Shown: positions 46,222 to 54,634 of the stretch, one piece after another | How the letters are laid out: the number at the start of each line of letters is the position of its first letter | How positions within the stretch are numbered: position 1 is the stretch's first letter | Source: an uncultured Erysipelotrichaceae bacterium | Lineage (GTDB): Bacteria; Bacillota_I; Bacilli_A; Erysipelotrichales; Erysipelotrichaceae | Length of the DNA stretch: 64,000 nucleotides | Direction: 5' to 3' | Assembly: GCA_927435855.1 (NCBI GenBank) | Contig: CAKMJZ010000001.1 | Location: 9,297 to 73,296, forward strand | Notes under the pieces: generated by a model | Seen by the model: only the letters and a program-made list of their open reading frames with translations | Told to the model about the DNA's origin: nothing | Database searches by the model: none | Program-made: the position numbers and the translations under genes

Positions 46222-47766
46222 CTAAAGTCTTTCTAAAATAAGAGCAGCAAGTTGTGCGGCTTGTGCATTGGTCGGAAGAACGATAATACCAATATTTAAC
46301 AATTTTTCAACTTGATCACTCAGTACTTGAGGATCTTTTTCTGTTCCGCACACAGAAGCGATGTAAGTTATATGACGCTCCCCTTGCAAAGCTTTGGCTT
46401 GTTCAACTGCTAATGCGATAGAGCTTGCCGGGTCCGGATGACTTCCATAACCCAATACACAATCCAAGAGTATTACTGCTGTTTGTGGATCGGATGCTTC
46501 CTTTTTAATACGTTCAGAACGTAATTTTGGTTCGATCATTGGATGAGGCATACCATCTGTAAAGTAATCTTCCCCCATATCCAAGATTGTATTTTCTTGA
46601 CTGACTTCTACATCCTTTAAAGAGAGTTCTTTGTTTATAGCTATATTCGAGTAAACGTTTCCAACTTTTTTGTTAAGAATCAACATGGCTTCATAAGCTA
46701 ACGTACCGCCGGTATACAACCCCCGAAGATTCTTTTGGCCTTGAAATTTATCAACTTCATCAGCAACAAGAGCATTTAACTCTTCCTCCGTGAAACTATT
46801 CAAGTTAACTGATAACTCGCCTTTAGACAATGTCACTAACTGTTTAGCTGCTTCTTCAATCGTTTCAGAAGCGATGGTGTGGGTACCTTCGACTAAGCTA
46901 GGATCTCCACCCAAGAAACATGCGACTACCGGTTTGGAAATGTTTTTTACTTTATCTAAGATTTTAACCATAATTTCTTGTGCTGGTGGTTTAGATACGA
47001 TGCCGATGACTTGTGTTTCAGGGTCGTTGATCAAAGCATCAAGAGCAAACAACATCATTTTCCCACCGATTTCCTTTTTGACATCTCTGCCACCGGTACC
47101 GATGGCTTGAGAAATACCGCCACCGAGCTTATCAATGACTACTGTCAATTCTTGAAGGCCGGTTCCGGATGCTGCAACTAAGCCGATGTTACCTCTTCGA
47201 ACGACATTAGCAAATCCAAGGGCAACACCGTTGATAATGGCAGTTCCACAATCGGTTCCCATCATTAACAATTCATTTTTAATAGCATAGTCTTTAAGTT
47301 CATTTTCCTCATCAATGGTTATATTATCTGAAAATAACAATACGTTCATATTGTTCTTAAGACATTTCATGGTTTCAGCTGCAGCAAATCTTCCCGGAAC
47401 TGAAATAATGGCGAAATTCAAGCCTTCCATTTTCTTAACAGCCGCATCTACCGTTTTAACTCGAATAGCTCCGCTTCCTTCGCTTGACTTTGCTTTATTT
47501 TCAAATTGCTCTTCTAATGTCTTGATGGCCAAATCAATGACATCTTGAGACACTGCTTTGATACCAATGACCAAATCATTTGCGGACACCTTACCAGCCA
47601 GTTCTTCTGAAAGAATTCCCGAGCTTTTCATTAGTTCAATATTGTGATCAGTCCCCATCATTACGGCGGCTTCCGAAACACCATCAATCCCACCTAATTT
47701 GCTAGAGAATAACATTAGTGTTACAGAATCAAAGTATGCATTGTGTTTAATTACATTATGAATCAT
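46222..47766 (-). CDS. FdrA-like (AllF-like) acyl-CoA-synthetase/succinyl-CoA-synthetase-fold protein
   Basis: N-terminal YFDSVTLM motif plus CoA-ligase-like Gly-rich segments. 514 aa. Confidence 0.8.
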   Translation of the reverse strand: MIHNVIKHNAYFDSVTLMLFSSKLGGIDGVSEAAVMMGTDHNIELMKSSGILSEELAGKVSANDLVIGIKAVSQDVIDLAIKTLEEQFENKAKSSEGSGAIRVKTVDAAVKKMEGLNFAIISVPGRFAAAETMKCLKNNMNVLLFSDNITIDEENELKDYAIKNELLMMGTDCGTAIINGVALGFANVVRRGNIGLVAASGTGLQELTVVIDKLGGGISQAIGTGGRDVKKEIGGKMMLFALDALINDPETQVIGIVSKPPAQEIMVKILDKVKNISKPVVACFLGGDPSLVEGTHTIASETIEEAAKQLVTLSKGELSVNLNSFTEEELNALVADEVDKFQGQKNLRGLYTGGTLAYEAMLILNKKVGNVYSNIAINKELSLKDVEVSQENTILDMGEDYFTDGMPHPMIEPKLRSERIKKEASDPQTAVILLDCVLGYGSHPDPASSIALAVEQAKALQGERHITYIASVCGTEKDPQVLSDQVEKLLNIGIIVLPTNAQAAQLAALILERL

Positions 47767-48638
47767 TATTCATTTCCTCCCTTTAGTAATCCAAAATACA
47801 GTCCTGTCAGAAAATCAATTCCAGATGTATGACCGATATCGCGTATCTTTATGATCTCCGATGTAACATCAGTTTCTTCCTGACTTTTAATCAAAACATT
47901 TTTAACCATCTGACTGAACTTGCCATCGCAGGCATAAACGAGAAATTCTTTACTGATAATTGTCGTAGAATTGATGCGAGGTGTAATCTGTGAAATCAAA
48001 TGATTTTTCAATTCATCCGCATGCGAGTTGCCTCTCAAGTAAAATTGTGCTGCAAGCATTCCGCAGTTGAAGTCATCTCCTGATGGAGTCAAACCTTCAC
48101 CAACTCCGATAAGTTGTGCTGACAACGAACCAATCTCCATAACACTAGAGCTATTAGTCAATTTCAATAGAACGCTGGAAACATAATTCCCCGCAAATGA
48201 CAACGGAATAATTTCATTGTCCTTTAAGGATTTTGCGATACGTCCAAATTCGCCTTTTTCGATGTACTTCAGAATATAATCGGTTAATATTCTGATTTTG
48301 ACTTTATCTAATGGAACTGTTCCATCAGTTAAGTCACAATCAAATACTTCAGCATGTTCCCTCGTAAACATTGAATTAAATGCAACAAGACCATCTTTTG
48401 TAAACTGTACTTCATCTCCTCGATTGACACGAATCAATTCAAATACTCGCTTTGGAATATCTAAATTGATACTTAGCGGTGTAATCGGCATCTCTTGATG
48501 TTGTAAAGAGAAAATCCGATCATCAACGATGCAGTTAATCGTACTTTTATAGACAGAATGTACTACAGCACGGTTTTCATTCTCGAAAAGAGGCTTGAAA
48601 TGTTTACAATAGGATTTTATTCGGTCGATAAACATCAC
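47766..48638 (-). CDS. DUF2877 (YlbF/AllH-like) protein
   Basis: 290 aa. Stop overlaps the FdrA-like start. LTPSGDDF..G motif. Start codon uncertain (GTG/ATG at 48638/48635, weak RBS). Confidence 0.65.
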   Translation of the reverse strand: MMFIDRIKSYCKHFKPLFENENRAVVHSVYKSTINCIVDDRIFSLQHQEMPITPLSINLDIPKRVFELIRVNRGDEVQFTKDGLVAFNSMFTREHAEVFDCDLTDGTVPLDKVKIRILTDYILKYIEKGEFGRIAKSLKDNEIIPLSFAGNYVSSVLLKLTNSSSVMEIGSLSAQLIGVGEGLTPSGDDFNCGMLAAQFYLRGNSHADELKNHLISQITPRINSTTIISKEFLVYACDGKFSQMVKNVLIKSQEETDVTSEIIKIRDIGHTSGIDFLTGLYFGLLKGGNE

Positions 48639-48779
48639 CTCGCGTCCGTCTTCATTTTCCCACAGCAGCTAGATTGCAACAATGTTTAAATCGAATAAAA
48701 AACGCCCTAATGTATTGGGCATTTTGCACAAAATTCGTATATTGATATCGCATACTTTTATCAAAAAATGGTTAATTTG

Positions 48780-50447
48780 CTAGTTTACATCAATAATCTT
48801 ACCAATATGTAATGCTAACTGACAATTAAAGTTATATTCCGCATCCTTTAAGTCGTTTTGTAAAATTTGTTTGATCTTCTCAATTCGGTATATAAAGGTG
48901 TTTCGATGTATAAACATCGCCTTCGCTGCGATGCTCACGTTTCCATTGGCCAAATAATAAGACTCCAGCGTGCTCATTAGCTCAGCATTGTTATGTTTAT
49001 CATAATCACGCAAACTTCCAAGGGTTGAATCAAAGAAATTACGAAGTCTTACTTTATCAAGCGTGCTGTCTAGTAAGTGATAACTGATCAAGTCATTAAA
49101 ATAGAAAACTCCTTCACTGGTAGGTAGTTTTGCGGAAATACGCAGAACATCCTGAGCAAGCAAACACGATTTTCCGATAGCGAGAAAATCTGTGCAAACA
49201 TTGCTAACACCAATCCTATATACTAAGCCTTTGCAAGTGGAGTTGATGTTAAGTTCCACACGTTCAAGAAATCCTCGAACTTCAATGCTTGGCTCATAGC
49301 GACTCTCAGCTTCTTCAAGTTCTATAAACATGATCACATTATTTTCGCGAATGATCGACCTTACCCGCCGGCGACATTTCATGGCTACATCACTACATAT
49401 GTTGATGATTTCTTTTAGTGTATCTCGTGGTGCATCTTTTGTATTAATAACCGCACAAATATGGTTGCGCAATGGATTCATTCCGTGAATCTCTGCTAAG
49501 CTTTTTACAGCATTGACCGAAACGATTTTTCCTTGTAGTAAGTCATCATAGAAATCTTCTTTCATCTTATGCTGAGCTTCAATCATTTGTTTGGTCTTAA
49601 CTCTCTCCATCGCTGCCGATTGTGCAGCACTTTCAAGAGCTATATAGTCAATGCTTTCAAGTTTATGAGTGACTTCCCAAACTATGATGTATCCGTAAAT
49701 GATTTGGGAGTATGCAATTGGTATTACTCGACAAACGATACTTCCACTTTCATCTGGAAACTTACGCTTAATACTTAATGTAAACTTATTTGCACTCGTT
49801 GGTATTCCGTCGGTGAATTCCTTAGTAAAAACTTTTTCACGCTCAACCAACTGTAGATTATCTGTCAGTGTGTACGGATTGTTGGGTCGCTCATAGAAAC
49901 TTAGCAGGTTAAAGCCACTATCGAGCATGATTACCGGATTCTCGACCAGATCAGACGTAAGTTTGACAATCTCCCATAAGTTCCCACCATCGATAGAGCA
50001 TTTACTAAAAGCATTGTGAATATCCCTATACTTCTTGAAAACACTGTCCTCTCTTTGATGGACTTCCGCATTGATGATATTGGAAATTTGCGCCAGGCTA
50101 TAGGTAAATGGTATTTCTATGACCGGCAGTCCTCTTGAGTTTGCTTCATCAATGATAGCTTTGGGAATCTCATCCCAATATCTTTTCACTTTGATTCCGA
50201 GTCCTGCGCAATTTTGATCGGCTAACTCTTTAACAAGTTTTCGTTGCAAGGTCGTATCGTTAAGAAAAATATAACCGGTAGTCAAGATGAAATCTCCGGC
50301 CGTGAACCACTCAAAAGAATCCGGATTATCAATGATATTGGCATTAAAAATTTTATTCGTCAATCCTTTTCTTCCAGCTTTCAATTGTGCGCCAACTGGA
50401 CCTAAGTGTTGGATGAGTTTTTCAATAGTAAAGGAGTGCATAAGCAT
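48780..50447 (-). CDS. PucR/CdaR-family transcriptional regulator
   Basis: 555 aa. N-terminal PucR-type sensor domain (GLGIKVKRYWDEIP) and C-terminal HTH (MFIHRNTFIYRIEKIKQIL). GGAGGT RBS. Confidence 0.85.
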   Translation of the reverse strand: MLMHSFTIEKLIQHLGPVGAQLKAGRKGLTNKIFNANIIDNPDSFEWFTAGDFILTTGYIFLNDTTLQRKLVKELADQNCAGLGIKVKRYWDEIPKAIIDEANSRGLPVIEIPFTYSLAQISNIINAEVHQREDSVFKKYRDIHNAFSKCSIDGGNLWEIVKLTSDLVENPVIMLDSGFNLLSFYERPNNPYTLTDNLQLVEREKVFTKEFTDGIPTSANKFTLSIKRKFPDESGSIVCRVIPIAYSQIIYGYIIVWEVTHKLESIDYIALESAAQSAAMERVKTKQMIEAQHKMKEDFYDDLLQGKIVSVNAVKSLAEIHGMNPLRNHICAVINTKDAPRDTLKEIINICSDVAMKCRRRVRSIIRENNVIMFIELEEAESRYEPSIEVRGFLERVELNINSTCKGLVYRIGVSNVCTDFLAIGKSCLLAQDVLRISAKLPTSEGVFYFNDLISYHLLDSTLDKVRLRNFFDSTLGSLRDYDKHNNAELMSTLESYYLANGNVSIAAKAMFIHRNTFIYRIEKIKQILQNDLKDAEYNFNCQLALHIGKIIDVN

Positions 50448-50647
50448 ACCTCCGATCTCAGATTATTCTTTGTCTACTTGGAGTGTACGACAATAATTGA
50501 ACCATTGTCAAGTAGCTCAATGTGTACATAGATGAAGTTGAATATGAATAATGAAGAACAATTATCAATATAAACGATGAATATATTTTCAACATGTATT
50601 TCAATATGGAAATTATACGTGAAGTTGTGAAAATATTCAAAAGGTTA

Positions 50648-50676
50648 ATGACAAGAACGCAAAGTCATGCTAAAAT
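50648..50676 (+). promoter_or_regulatory. Candidate sigma-A promoter of the riboswitch-permease unit
   Basis: ATGACA-17 nt-(TGC)TAAAAT, about 15 nt upstream of the aptamer. Confidence 0.55.
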
Positions 50677-50689
50677 GACTCCATGCTAA

Positions 50690-50760
50690 ACACCGTATAT
50701 CCTTGCGAATAAGGCGCAAGAGTCTCTACCCGGCAACCGTAAACTGCCGGACTACGATGG
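50690..50760 (+). promoter_or_regulatory. Purine riboswitch aptamer, guanine/hypoxanthine/xanthine class
   Basis: CGUAUAUCCUUGCGAAUAAGGCGCAAGAGUCUCUACCCGGCAACCGUAAACUGCCGGACUACG matches the xpt-type P1-P2-P3 architecture and loops. The discriminator position is C (..CCGGAC-UACG). Confidence 0.9.
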
Positions 50761-50778
50761 AAGTCCACTTTTTCAGTG

Positions 50779-50809
50779 CTTCTGTCGAAACGGAAGTTTT
50801 TTCTTTTTT
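50779..50809 (+). terminator. Riboswitch expression-platform terminator
   Basis: cttctg-tcgaaa-cggaag hairpin followed by TTTTTTCTTTTTT. Confidence 0.8.
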
Positions 50810-50842
50810 GGCGGTGAGTAGCACATGAGAAAGGGGAACTAT

Positions 50843-52168
50843 ATGTTCGAAAAATTATTTAAGTTGTCATCCAAAGGCACAACCGTAAAAGTCGAATTGT
50901 TGGCTGGTTTAACGACCTTCCTTACGATGGCTTACATCTTAGCGGTCAACCCAGGCTTGTTGTCCAGTGAATTTGGGGCTGGAATGCCATTTCAATCCGT
51001 CTTCCTTGCAACAGCTTTATCTGCAGCATTAGCATCTATCATTATGGGATTATACGCAAACTACCCGATCGCTTTGGCACCGGGAATGGGCGTTAACGCA
51101 TTCTTTTCATTTACCGCGGTAAATATGCTTGGGGGCAGTTGGCAAGCAGGTTTAGCGGCTGTTTTTATTTCTGGTGTTCTATTTCTGATTATCTCCTTAA
51201 CTGGAATCCGAAAAATGGTTATCAATGCCATTCCTAAGAATTTGAAACTGGCTATTGGTGCCGGTATCGGTTTCTTTATTGCATTCATTGGCCTTCAAAA
51301 TGCTGGCATCGTTGTTAACAATGACGTTGTATTGGTCGGCTTAGGCGATCTGACTGCACCGACAGTTTTACTAGCTGTATTCGGTATCTTGGTTACATTC
51401 GCATTATTGGCTCGTAAAATCTCAGCTGGTGTATTCTACGGATTGGTAATTACTGCTGTAGTTGGTGTTATCGCTGGTCTATTTGGAATCGAAGGCATGC
51501 CTGCATTGCCGACAGCTGTTGTTTCCTTTAACTTTGATATGCCTACCTTCGGAGCTTTCATCGGTGGATTTGGCGAATTATTTGCTAGTCCTTCTGCTAT
51601 TCTGATTATCTTTACTTTCTTATTCATCGACTTCTTTGACACAGCAGGCACATTGGTTGCTGTTGCTGGTAAGACGAATCTGATTGATGAAAATGGCGAG
51701 TTGGAAAATGTTGATAAAGCGTTGATGGCCGATGCCGTTGGTACCGTTGCCGGTGCTATTTTGGGAACTTCGACCGTTACTTCTTATATTGAATCAGCTG
51801 CTGGTGTAGGTGTTGGCGGACGTACTGGTTTAACTGCTGTTACTACGGGTTTATTATTCATCTTGTCAATCTTCTTCTTCCCTGTATTAGCTGTTATTAA
51901 CGGAACCGTTACTGCTCCGGCATTAATCGTTGTTGGTGTATTGATGGCTCAACAATTGGGTAATATCGATTGGGAAGACTTCATTGCTGCTACCAGCGGT
52001 TTTGTCGCTATCATCACGATGATCTTGGCATACTCTATTGCTGATGGTATTGCTACTGGCTTTATTACTTATGGCGTCGTTATGGTTGCCAGCGGAAAAG
52101 CAAAAGAAGTCAAACCAGTTATCTGGGTGTTAATTGCTGTATTCATCGCTCACTTCATCTTTAAATAA
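50843..52168 (+). CDS. NCS2/AzgA-type purine permease (PbuG/PbuO-like guanine-hypoxanthine permease)
   Basis: N-terminus MFEKLFKL...ELLAGLTTFLTMAYILAVNP, as in PbuG/PbuO. Start set at 50843 (GAAAGGGG RBS). Under the purine riboswitch. Confidence 0.88.
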   Translation: MFEKLFKLSSKGTTVKVELLAGLTTFLTMAYILAVNPGLLSSEFGAGMPFQSVFLATALSAALASIIMGLYANYPIALAPGMGVNAFFSFTAVNMLGGSWQAGLAAVFISGVLFLIISLTGIRKMVINAIPKNLKLAIGAGIGFFIAFIGLQNAGIVVNNDVVLVGLGDLTAPTVLLAVFGILVTFALLARKISAGVFYGLVITAVVGVIAGLFGIEGMPALPTAVVSFNFDMPTFGAFIGGFGELFASPSAILIIFTFLFIDFFDTAGTLVAVAGKTNLIDENGELENVDKALMADAVGTVAGAILGTSTVTSYIESAAGVGVGGRTGLTAVTTGLLFILSIFFFPVLAVINGTVTAPALIVVGVLMAQQLGNIDWEDFIAATSGFVAIITMILAYSIADGIATGFITYGVVMVASGKAKEVKPVIWVLIAVFIAHFIFK

Positions 52169-52198
52169 ATCTATTCTTTCAGATTGATGTTTATAATG

Positions 52199-52222
52199 AA
52201 AGCAGGCCTGTCCTGCTTTTTT
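52199..52222 (+). terminator. Rho-independent terminator
   Basis: aagcagg-cctgt-cctgctt hairpin followed by TTTTT. Confidence 0.75.
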
Positions 52223-52706
52223 ACTCCCGATAATAATCATGAATTCCGAATTTTCCAGTGACTTCTTCGACATGACGTTCATTAACACATAAATAAACGT
52301 TCTTATCACTGTTAATCAATTTAAATAGAATCTCACAAAATCCCATACCGGATACTTCAACTGCACCAATTTCATCGATGAACACAGAATGAATTTTTGG
52401 ATTTTTAATGGCTTTCTCCATGATTCTCTCAGCATATCTTAAGGTCTCTGTCGAAAAGATATAGCGATCAAATTCAAAATATTCCTTAAATGAGTCATCG
52501 TAAAATTTTCTATCAAAGATAAAGATTGAATCTTTCATCGTACTTAACTGTCTTAACGTGTACCCAATAATTTCATTTTTACTATTACGCATTTTAATGC
52601 AAGCAAATCCATCAGCCTCACCTGTTTTTTGGCTATTGAAAATTCTGATTAAACGAGTCGTTTTCCCTGAGTCATAATCACCGGAAATCAGAGTAATTGA
52701 ACCCAT
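52221..52706 (-). CDS. Small P-loop NTPase (THEP1/DUF2478-like), last gene of the molybdoenzyme operon
   Basis: Walker A GDYDSGKT and Walker B VFIDEIG. Start uncertain (ATG 52706, or TTG 52742). Confidence 0.55.
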   Translation of the reverse strand: MGSITLISGDYDSGKTTRLIRIFNSQKTGEADGFACIKMRNSKNEIIGYTLRQLSTMKDSIFIFDRKFYDDSFKEYFEFDRYIFSTETLRYAERIMEKAIKNPKIHSVFIDEIGAVEVSGMGFCEILFKLINSDKNVYLCVNERHVEEVTGKFGIHDYYRE

Positions 52707-52710
52707 AATA

Positions 52711-53325
52711 TCACATGACTCGTTGTAATGCGACGGCAACAATGAGCAATCCCCAAGCTAATATAGGTTTTGGATCAAATGATTTTATACGAACTGACAC
52801 AGCAAGATAACCTTGAATCAAAAGTGCATTGAAAAAGCTTTCTAGAACCAAGAATCGAAGTATGACTCCCCAACCGTTAGTCACAAGACCGGCAGGCAAT
52901 GAGTATTTTGATATGACCCACATATATCCCAAAAATATGCCGCGCCAAAGAATTCCCATCAAAAAACTTTCCCGTAATCGGATACTTCGGTTGTGATGTA
53001 TTATGCTTGTGTATACGATAGCTACCGCACCTCCTTCCATAAGTAATGACAATGCCGGATTAATAATGTAAATCGGAATTATCCCACCAAATGCAAGATC
53101 TGTAAGTTTTATTAATGCTGCAATAACAGCGATGTGTAAAATCGACTTTGGATCATGTGTTGAGTCGTACACTTTATTCATAAAAATGAATGCTATTGGA
53201 AACATTAATAAGCCTGGTAACCCTGGCAGTGCCATAGAAAATAAATGAAGTACAAATCCTAAGGTTGCTTCTGTAATACCCCATAAAGACCCCCAGAAAA
53301 GAATGACAGTCTGATCTTTTCTCAT
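52711..53325 (-). CDS. Hypothetical polytopic membrane protein in the molybdoenzyme operon
   Basis: 204 aa with about 6 TM helices. ATGA overlap with the upstream FAD-subunit gene. No family recognised. Confidence 0.45.
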   Translation of the reverse strand: MRKDQTVILFWGSLWGITEATLGFVLHLFSMALPGLPGLLMFPIAFIFMNKVYDSTHDPKSILHIAVIAALIKLTDLAFGGIIPIYIINPALSLLMEGGAVAIVYTSIIHHNRSIRLRESFLMGILWRGIFLGYMWVISKYSLPAGLVTNGWGVILRFLVLESFFNALLIQGYLAVSVRIKSFDPKPILAWGLLIVAVALQRVM

Positions 53326-54170
53326 AAAATCACCTCCTTGGTTAAGAATGTTTTAATTAGATTACATGCCACTTTGCTTCTATAGATTTTTGTTGATCGA
53401 ACATCATCAATTGGCACGATTTTTTCATCATACATCCTCAGAAATCGATCAATGTCTAAGGTTAATTCTGATAATCTTAAGTCTATTATCGAAGATTCAA
53501 TTTTTTTTACACGGATAACAGTGGGACCGCACGATCCAATACAAATTCGAATATCATCTATTCGACTTTCTTTTATATCCGCAACTGAAAAAACAGATAC
53601 TTTTGAGATAGCATTCGCTTTGCGTGTGCCCACTTTACGATAGAATGTGCGATCATACGTCTTTCTAGGGATGATGATTCTAGTTACTATTTCATCATGG
53701 TTTAACTGAGTAGATCCTGGACCCGTGATAAAATCCGATATTTCTACAATTCTTTGACCTTTTGTTGACATAATTACGACCTTGGCATCTAGTGCATAAA
53801 GCATAGGCAAAGTATCTCCTGCCGGAGAAGCATTGCATATGTTTCCAACGAGTGTACCAATATTCCGAATCGCTACGGAACCGATCTGTTCGATAGGATG
53901 TTTAAATTCGATGGGAAGCCGAGAATCCTTTAAGAATTGCGCATAACTGACAGCCGCACCAATTATAATTTCCGATGGATTTATGTCAATTGACTTAAGC
54001 TCATTCAAATGACCGATATACAAGATGTCTTTGGGCAGATCAACAGATATACCAGACCAACACCGATACTTGACCATTAAATCGCTACCACCATTAAAAA
54101 TCATGACATTATGATTTTTTCGGATATCTAATGCTTCTGACAATGTCATAGGCCAAAATGAATTTACCAT
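53322..54170 (-). CDS. Xanthine dehydrogenase-family FAD-binding subunit (CoxM/XdhB-like)
   Basis: FAD_binding_5 pattern (FNGGSDLMV...IRNIGTLVGNICNASPAGD). Operon position. Confidence 0.88.
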   Translation of the reverse strand: MVNSFWPMTLSEALDIRKNHNVMIFNGGSDLMVKYRCWSGISVDLPKDILYIGHLNELKSIDINPSEIIIGAAVSYAQFLKDSRLPIEFKHPIEQIGSVAIRNIGTLVGNICNASPAGDTLPMLYALDAKVVIMSTKGQRIVEISDFITGPGSTQLNHDEIVTRIIIPRKTYDRTFYRKVGTRKANAISKVSVFSVADIKESRIDDIRICIGSCGPTVIRVKKIESSIIDLRLSELTLDIDRFLRMYDEKIVPIDDVRSTKIYRSKVACNLIKTFLTKEVIL

Positions 54171-54634
54171 AATCCTTTACCGACTTCTTTTGCAGCAAGA
54201 ATGCCATCAACAATCATTTGGTACCCGGTGCACCGACAAAGATTCCCTTCTATACCTTTTATAACTTCATCTTTACTCGGATTGGGATTGGATGACAAAA
54301 GCGCTTCTGCAGCCAAAACGAATCCGGGAGTACAGAAACCGCATTGAACGCTACCGCATTGTTCAAAACCTTGCTTGATAGCTTCAAATCGCTTGGTCCC
54401 TCGATAACCTTCTAACGTAACTATCTCACATCCAGAAATGTTCACTGCTGGAATCAGACACGAATTTACCAACATACCATTGAACAGAACACTACACGCA
54501 CCACATTCTCCCTCCGCGCATCCTTCTTTCACCGATGTCAAATTTAAATCATCTCTTAGCACATCAAGCAATCGCTTTGAATGTTCGACGTCGATGGAAA
54601 CAACTTGATTATTAAGTTTAAAATCAATTCTCAT
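54164..54634 (-). CDS. Xanthine dehydrogenase-family [2Fe-2S] subunit
   Basis: CAEGECGACSV...C and CGFCTPG...CRCTGY cluster motifs. Confidence 0.92.
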   Translation of the reverse strand: MRIDFKLNNQVVSIDVEHSKRLLDVLRDDLNLTSVKEGCAEGECGACSVLFNGMLVNSCLIPAVNISGCEIVTLEGYRGTKRFEAIKQGFEQCGSVQCGFCTPGFVLAAEALLSSNPNPSKDEVIKGIEGNLCRCTGYQMIVDGILAAKEVGKGLW

